Origin: Eledone cirrhosa
Taxonomy: Eukaryota
Assembly (NCBI GenBank): GCA_964016885.1
Contig: OZ024742.1
Coordinates: forward strand, 339,016,001 to 339,080,000
Direction of reading: 5' to 3'
Length of the DNA stretch: 64,000 nucleotides
Every line of letters starts with the position of its first letter. Positions within the stretch are counted from its first letter, which is position 1. The position numbers and the translations under genes are program-made. This document shows, one piece after another, positions 57,030 to 64,000 of this stretch. The notes under the pieces were generated by a model that made no database searches, was not told the origin of the DNA, and saw only the letters and a program-made list of their open reading frames with translations.

Positions 57030-57170
57030 TGAATAATGAAATAAATATGGTTTTATAAATATAGTTTCCATTTATTAATATCGTATATCTACTCCAAAAA
57101 CTTGTCGAGTGCTTTATATCAGTTATAAAATATTTACTTGTTGTATCCCAACAATTTTAAATAGAACTTT

Positions 57171-57219
<49 letters not shown>

Positions 57220-57331
57220 TTTGTTAAGCCTTCATTAAGTTTATTGATTGGTGACGCATATATATATATATATATATATATATAGATATATATATTACAC
57301 AATTATCAAAGTTATGTTCAAATCATTTAAT

Positions 57332-57378
57332 TGCTGACAATCGTTTCTTCCAAACTTTCGTTTGGAATCATCGGATCA
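57332..57378 (-). ncRNA. Variant/degenerate hammerhead (family H)
   Basis: Reverse complement TGAT-CCGATGA-TTCCAAAC gaaa GTTTGGAA-GAAA-CGATTG-TC-AGCA. Confidence 0.55.
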
Positions 57379-58623
57379 TTATCAATTTTTGTACATATAA
57401 TTAACCTCCTATTCCACTGAACAATCATATAGATACATATATATTGATGTTGTGAACAACAGTTTCGTATTTACAGGGTGTAATGGATGCGACATGTATT
57501 ATACGAGAATTGTACAAAAATTCAAATGAAAATTAAAAGGACAGAGTGGAATACATGCGACAGATAATACAAGAGAATAGTCTAATAATTAAAGAGGCAT
57601 TGAGAAAGAATGAGGACACTAGTAGTACATATGCAAACGTGTAGAATGTGCACATGCGTTAGTCATATATCTGAGAAGGAAACAAGCAAAGGTATTAGGC
57701 ATATATAAATAAATAAATACTGTAAAACACCTGATATTCTTACATTGAGCTATTTCTCTTACTGGTAATAAGGTAGTAAGAAATTACTGATCTTTCCTGT
57801 TTATAGTTGTTTATAGTATATACATAACTATAAATAGTATCATTATTATATATATATATATATATATATATGCATTCATACATACGCATACATATTCATA
57901 CATATATTCATACCTACACACACACACATATGTATATGATATAATGTATGCATGTATGTATGTACGTTCGTATGTATATATGTATGAATGTACATATGTA
58001 TATATGTATATATATATATATATGTATGTATATATGTCTGCATATATGTATATATACATATATGCATAAAAGTATGTATGCATCATGTATGCATAAATTT
58101 ATGTATGCATATATGTATGTATGTATGCATGTATATATATATGTATGTAATTTATAACAAGTCTCCTCGCGATTCAACAAAATAAAAAAACAACACACAC
58201 ACAAAATAAATAAATGAAAAATAATAATAAAAATATGTACAAATCATCCAAACGTTAACTGACGATAAAAATATAAACGTCCATTGTTTTCTTCTTGGAT
58301 AACATCATGCAACATGCAACACAATAGCAACAGTATTTGCACAACAAGGTAGAATATCATGACAGCTGCACACAGCATTGATATTAGCAGCGTGAATATA
58401 CGTGTTGAGCATTTACACATAGAGAACATTGGCAAACAGAACTGATAACATACAGTAAAGTATATGTGAACGAACGCCTGTATATGACAATAGACAAACA
58501 CACAAGCGTTCATCTCACATTCATGGATTTTAACACTTTTCTTAATATATGTATGTAATGCACACGCACACACAAACTCTCTCTCTCTCCCTCTCTCTCA
58601 CACACACAACACACTCTCATACA

Positions 58624-58668
<45 letters not shown>

Positions 58669-59099
58669 TCATACACACAAACACACACACATGCACCCAC
58701 ATACAAACACAAATGTATGTATGCATGTATGTATGTACATATGTATGTATATAAATATATATACGCATGCTGCATATGTACATATGTCTGAGTATGTGTT
58801 TGGATCTTTATATCATTTGCGTGTATCGTGTGTAGGTGTATTTGTTTTGTTTGAACATTGTGTGTTTTACTTGTATGTTGTGTGTATCACACCTATCTGT
58901 TATGTGTGTGTCCCGTTTATTATTCAGTCTGTAGGTGTGTAGATCTCGCTGATGCACGCGAGAACGTGTAAAATTCTAAAAGCCATCATCTACTTCACAA
59001 CCTTTTTTCTTCCTCAAGGCCGTCCTTTGTCACACGTGAATATGCTTTTAATTCAGAATCGAAAACGAATTTTCCAGTTCTCACCTTTCTCCCTTTCGT

Positions 59100-59140
<41 letters not shown>

Positions 59141-59714
59141 AGTCACTCATGCTCTCATTCTCTCCCTATTTCTTCGTTTCTCGTTCTCGTTCTTTCATTT
59201 TCTCCCTCGTTATTATTACATGACTACACTTTATTATTATATCTTATTAAACAAGGAAATAGATTTAAAACAAATGTGAAAACTAAACTATTTGCACAAT
59301 GAACAAAAACAAACCCAAACAAACCACATCTCTTTGGCTACAGTTGTTGTGTCATGAAGAATTTCTCGATATACGACAGCTCAAGGAATTTAACCCTATT
59401 ACGTGCTATGTCAACAACGACTGCACCTTCCTCTACACTCTCAGCTTTAATATGCTTGAATCAACTTCAAGTATCAGCCTTTGGTATTTCCGACTTGATA
59501 AAATAAAAATCAATCGAGTATTATTAAAGCAGTGAACTGCCAATCGTATTAAATACTTTAGTATTTTTTTCGGTGTTCAAACCCATTTCGGGGCCGATAA
59601 AATAATACCAGCTCCCTAATATGGTAGATACGTCATCTATCTCTCTCTATATTTTCTCCGGATGAAATCGGTTGTGTTCAGACCTGGAGAGATGGATGGG
59701 TCCACTAGGTTTAA

Positions 59715-59880
59715 AATGTACTGAGTATGACATTAAACTGCATCCAGTAGCAAGGTTCCAGTTCGGGATTTCAGGAACTATGGGGAATGTGGAGTTACCC
59801 ATTAGTTGTTATAACGCCCAGGTCTGCTCTGGCCCGGAGGAGTAGTACCTGTTAGGGCCCCATTTATGGGTTAAATAATT
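59715..59880 (+). mobile_element. Fragment of an abundant interspersed repeat (unclassified)
   Basis: TATGACATTAAACTGCATC..CCCAGGTC..GTAGTACCTGTTAGGG resembles a common octopus repeat recalled from memory; single copy here. Confidence 0.35.
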
Positions 59881-60039
59881 ACCTTACTCGAGTGGCGCCG
59901 GTAAAGTATTATCAGCCATTGAAAAGAAAAGAAAGACACGCTGTTAGAATGGCGCCCCCACGACCCTGTTAGAAGGCAAGTGTCCTTTGATAGTTTAGAG
60001 TTAACAGGAAGTGGTACCCTACAACATTCTGTTAACAGT

Positions 60040-63000
60040 AGCCCCAAGCCATGCCCCCACAACAGTGGTATTAGCAGTAGCCCCACGCCGTACCTCACAA
60101 CAGCGGTGTTGGCAGTAGCCCCAAGCCGTGCCCCACAACACCGGTGTTGGCAGTAGCCCCAAGCCGTACCTCAGAACAGCCGTGTTGGCAGTAGCCCCAA
60201 GCCATGCCCCCACAACAGCGGTGTTGGCAGTAGCCCCAAGCCGTACCTCAGAACAGCGGTGTTGGCAATAGCCCCAAGCCGTACCTCACAACAACGGTGT
60301 TGGCAGAAGCCCCAAGCCGTGCCCCACAACACCGGTGTTGGCAGTAGCCCCAAGCCATGCCCCCACAACAGCGGTGTTGGCAATAGCCCCAAGCCGTACC
60401 TCACAACAGTCGTGTTGGCAGTAGCCCCAAGCCCTTCCCCCACAACAGCGGTGTTGGCACTAGCCCCAAGCCGTACCTCACAACAGTCGTGTTGGCAGTA
60501 GCCCCAAGCCCTTCCCCCACAACAGCGGTGTTGGCACTAGCCCCAAGCCGTGCCCCCACAACAGCGGTGTTGGCAGCAGCCCCAAGCCGTGCCCCCACAA
60601 CAGCGGTGTTGGCAGTAGCTCCAAGCCGTGTCCCCACAACACCGGTGTTGGCAGTAGCCCCAAGCCGTACCTCACAACAGCGGTGTTGGCAGTAGCCCCA
60701 AGCCGTACCTCACAACAGCGGTGTTGGCACTAGCCCCAAGCCGTGCCCCCACAACAGCGGTGTTGGCAGCAGCCCCAAGCCGTGCCCCCACAACAGCGGT
60801 GTTGGCAGTAGCTCCAAGCCGTATCTCACAACAGCGGTGTTGGCAGTAGCCCCAAGCCGTACCTCACAACAGCGGTGTTGGCAGTAGCCCCAAGCCGTAC
60901 CCCACAACAGCGGTGTTGGCAGTAGACCCATGCTGTATCTCACAACAGTGGTATTAGCAGTAGCCCCAAGCCGTACCCCACAACAGCGGTGTTGGCAGTA
61001 GCCCCAAGCCATGCCCCCACAAGACCGGTGTTGGCAGTAGCCCCAAGCCGTACCTCACAACAGCGGTGTTGGCAGTAGCCCCAAGCCATGCCCCCACAAG
61101 ACCGGTGTTGGCAGTAGCCCCAAGCCGTACCTCACAACAACGGTGTTGGCAGTAGCCCCAAGCCGTACCTCACAACAGCGGTGTTGGCAGTAGCCCCAAG
61201 CCATGCCCCCACAAGACCGGTGTAGGCAATAGCCCCAAACCGTACCTCACAACAGTGGTGTTGGCAGTAGCCCCAAGCCGTACCTCACAACAGTGGTGTT
61301 GGCAGTAGCCCCAAGCCGTACCTCACAACAGCGGTGTTGGCAGTAGCCCCAACCCGTTCCCCCACAACAGCAGTGTTGGCAGCAGCCCCAAGCCATGCCC
61401 CCACAAGACCGGTGTTGGCAGTAGCCCCAAGCCGTACCTCACAACAGCGGTGTTGGCAGTAGCCCCAACCCGTTCCCCCACAACAGCAGTGTTGGCAGCA
61501 GCCCCAAGCCATGCCCCCACAAGACCGGTGTTGGCAGTAGCCCCAAGCCGTACCTCACAACTGTGGTGTTGGCAGCAGCCCCAAGCCATGCCCCCACAAC
61601 AGCGGTGTTGGCAGTAGCCCCAAGCCGTACCTCACAACAGCGGTGTTGGCAGTAGCCCCAAGCAGTACCTCACAACAGCGGTGTTGGCAGTAGCCCCAAG
61701 CAGTACCTCACAACAGCGGTGTTGGCAGTAGCCCCAAGCAGTACCTCACAACAGCGGTGTTGGCAGTAGCCCCAAGCAGTACCTCACAACAGCGGTGTTG
61801 GCAGTAGCCCCAAGCAGTACCTCACAACAGCGGTGTTGGCAGTAGCCCCAAGCAGTACCTCACAACAGCGGTGTTGGCAGTAGCCCCAAGCAGTACCTCA
61901 CAACAGCGGTGTTGGCAGTAGACCCAAGCCGTACCTCACAACAGCGGTGTTGGCAGTAGCCCCAAGCAGTACCTCACAACAGCGGTGTTGGCAGTAGCCC
62001 CAAGCAGTACCTCACAACAGCGGTGTTGGCAGTAGCCCCAAGCCGTACCTCACAACAGCGGTGTTGGCAGTAGCCCCAAGCCGTACCTCACAACAGCGGT
62101 GTTGGCAGTAGCCCCAAGCAGTACCTCACAACAGCGGTGTTGGCAGTAGCCCCAAGCCGTACCTCACAACAGCGGTGTTGGCAGTAGCCCCAAGCCGTAC
62201 CTCACAACAGTGGTGTTGGCAGTAGCCCCAAGCCGTACCTCACAACAGTGGTGTTGGCAGTAGCCCCAAGCCATGCCCCCACAACAGCGGTGTTGGCAGT
62301 AGCCCCATGCCGTACCTCACAACAGCGGTGTTGGCAGCAGCCCCAAGCCATGCCCCCACAACAGCGGTGTTGGCAGTAGCCCCAAGCCGTACCTCACAAC
62401 AGCGGTGTTGGCAGTAGCCCCAAGCAGTACCTCACAACAGCGGTGTTGGCAGTAGCCCCAAGCCGTACCTCACAACAGCGGTGTTGGCAGTAGACCCAAG
62501 CCGTACCTCACAACAGTGGTGTTGGCAGTAGCCCCATGCCCTACCTCACAACAGCGGTGTTGGCAGTAGCCCCAAGCAGTACCTCACAACAGCGGTGTTG
62601 GCAGCAGCCCCAAGCCATGCCCCCACAACAGCGGTGTTGGCAGTAGCCCCAAGCCGTACCTCACAACAGTGGTGTTGGCAGTAGCCCCAAGCCGTACCTC
62701 ACAACAGCGGTGTTGGCAGTAGCCCCAAGCCGTGCCCCCACAACAGCGGTGTTGGCAGTAGCCCCAAGCCGTGCCCCCACAACAGCGGTGTTGGCAGTAG
62801 CCCCAAGCCGTACCTCACAACAGCGGTGTTGGCAGTAGCCCCAAGCCGTGCCCCCACAACAGCGGTGTTGGCAGTAGCCCCAAGCCGTACCTCACAACAG
62901 TGGTGTTGGCAGTAGCCCCAAGCAGTACCTCACAACAGCGGTGTTGGCAGCAGCCCCAAGCCGTGCCCCCACAACAGCGGTGTTGGCAGTAGCCCCAAGC

Positions 63001-64000
63001 CGTACCTCACAACAGTGGTGTTGGCAGTAGCCCCAAGCCGTACCTCACAACAGCGGTGTTGGCAGTAGCCCCAAGCCGTACCTCACAACAGTGGTGTTGG
63101 CAGTAGCCCCATGCCCTACCTCACAACAGCGGTGTTGGCAGTAGCCCCAAGCCGTACCTCACAACAGCGGTGTTGGCAGTAGCCTCAAGCCCTACCTCAC
63201 AACAGTGGTGTTGGCAGTAGCCCCAAGCCGTACCTCACAACAGCGGTGTTGGCAGTAGCCCCATGCCCTACCTCACAACAGTGGTGTTGGCAGTAGCCCC
63301 AAGCCGTACCTCACAACAGTGGTGTTGGCAGTAGCCCCAAGCCCTACCTCACAACAGCGGTGTTGGCAGTAGCCCGAAGTCGTACCTCACAACAGCGGTG
63401 TTGGCAGTAGCCCCATGCCCTACCTCACAACAGTGGTGTTGGCAGTAGCCCCAAGCCGTACCTCACAACAGTGGTGTTGGCAGTAGCCCCAAGCCCTACC
63501 TCACAACAGCGGTGTTGGCAGTAGCCCGAAGTCGTACCTCACAACAGCGGTGTTGGCAGTAGCCCCAAGCCGTACCTCACAACAGTGGTGTTGGCAGTAG
63601 CCCCAAGCCGTACCTCACAACAGCGGTGTTGGCAGTAGCCCGAAGTCGTACCTCACAACAGCGGTGTTGGCAGTAGCCCCAAGCCGTACCTCACAACAGT
63701 GGTGTTGGCAGTAGCCCCAAGCCCTACCTCACAACAGCGGTGTTGGCAGTAGCCCGAAGTCGTACCTCACAACAGCGGTGTTGGCAGTAGCCCCAAGCCG
63801 TACCTCACAACAGCGGTGTTGGCAGTAGCCCCAAGCCGTACCTCACAACAGCGGTGTTGGCAGTAGCCCCAAGCCGTACCTCACAACAGCGGTGTTGGCA
63901 GTAGCCCCAAGCCGTACCTCACAACAGTGGTGTTGGCAGTAGCCCCAAGCCGTACCTCACAACAGCGGTGTTAGCAGTAGCCCCAAGCCGTACCTCACAA
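60040..64000. repeat. 38-bp GC-rich satellite (CACAACAGCGGTGTTGGCAGTAGCCCCAAGCCGTACCT) with 39-bp variants, truncated by window end
   Basis: Period 38 (for example 61861 to 61899); degenerate at the left edge. Confidence 0.98.

Larger units (their letters stand above)
56702..57083. repeat. ~380-bp palindrome (centre AG|CT at 56885/56886); Penelope-like inverted terminal repeat
   Basis: Arms are reverse complements apart from central mismatches and a 14-bp duplication in the right arm. Confidence 0.95.

Noticed and set aside
60019-61589. Repetitive GLGLLPTP/ATANTAVV ORFs
   Set aside because: Translation of the 38/39-bp satellite; the frame shifts with each unit

Overview
Eukaryotic, repeat-saturated animal DNA. 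The SINE families and the microsatellite load look like an Octopus-type cephalopod genome (inference from recalled repeat consensus, not a search). The window runs from a 41-bp satellite with higher-order structure (1-12023) to a 38-bp satellite (~60040-64000). Between them lie abundant (TA)n/(TATG)n/(CA)n tracts, tRNA-derived SINEs, RTE and R4/Dong-like LINE 3' fragments, two tandem disabled Tx1-clade L1 elements inserted in (TCTG)n, and one plausible host coding exon (28156-28575, minus strand; basic/Ser-rich protein with a C-terminal membrane anchor). The main unannotated signal is a set of minimal type I hammerhead ribozymes read by eye: 13 with an intact CUGANGA/GAAA/UH core in 7 sequence families, plus 3 degenerate ones. 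Eleven lie within 51.5-57.4 kb. They sit in ORF-less tandem repeats (472, ~541 and 995 bp periods) and long fold-back palindromes next to (TA)n, mostly have palindromic stem III loops, and show compensatory changes between copies. This fits non-autonomous Penelope-like/retrozyme elements that could produce self-cleaved and possibly circular RNAs. Nearly all other ORFs in the track are microsatellite or satellite artefacts.
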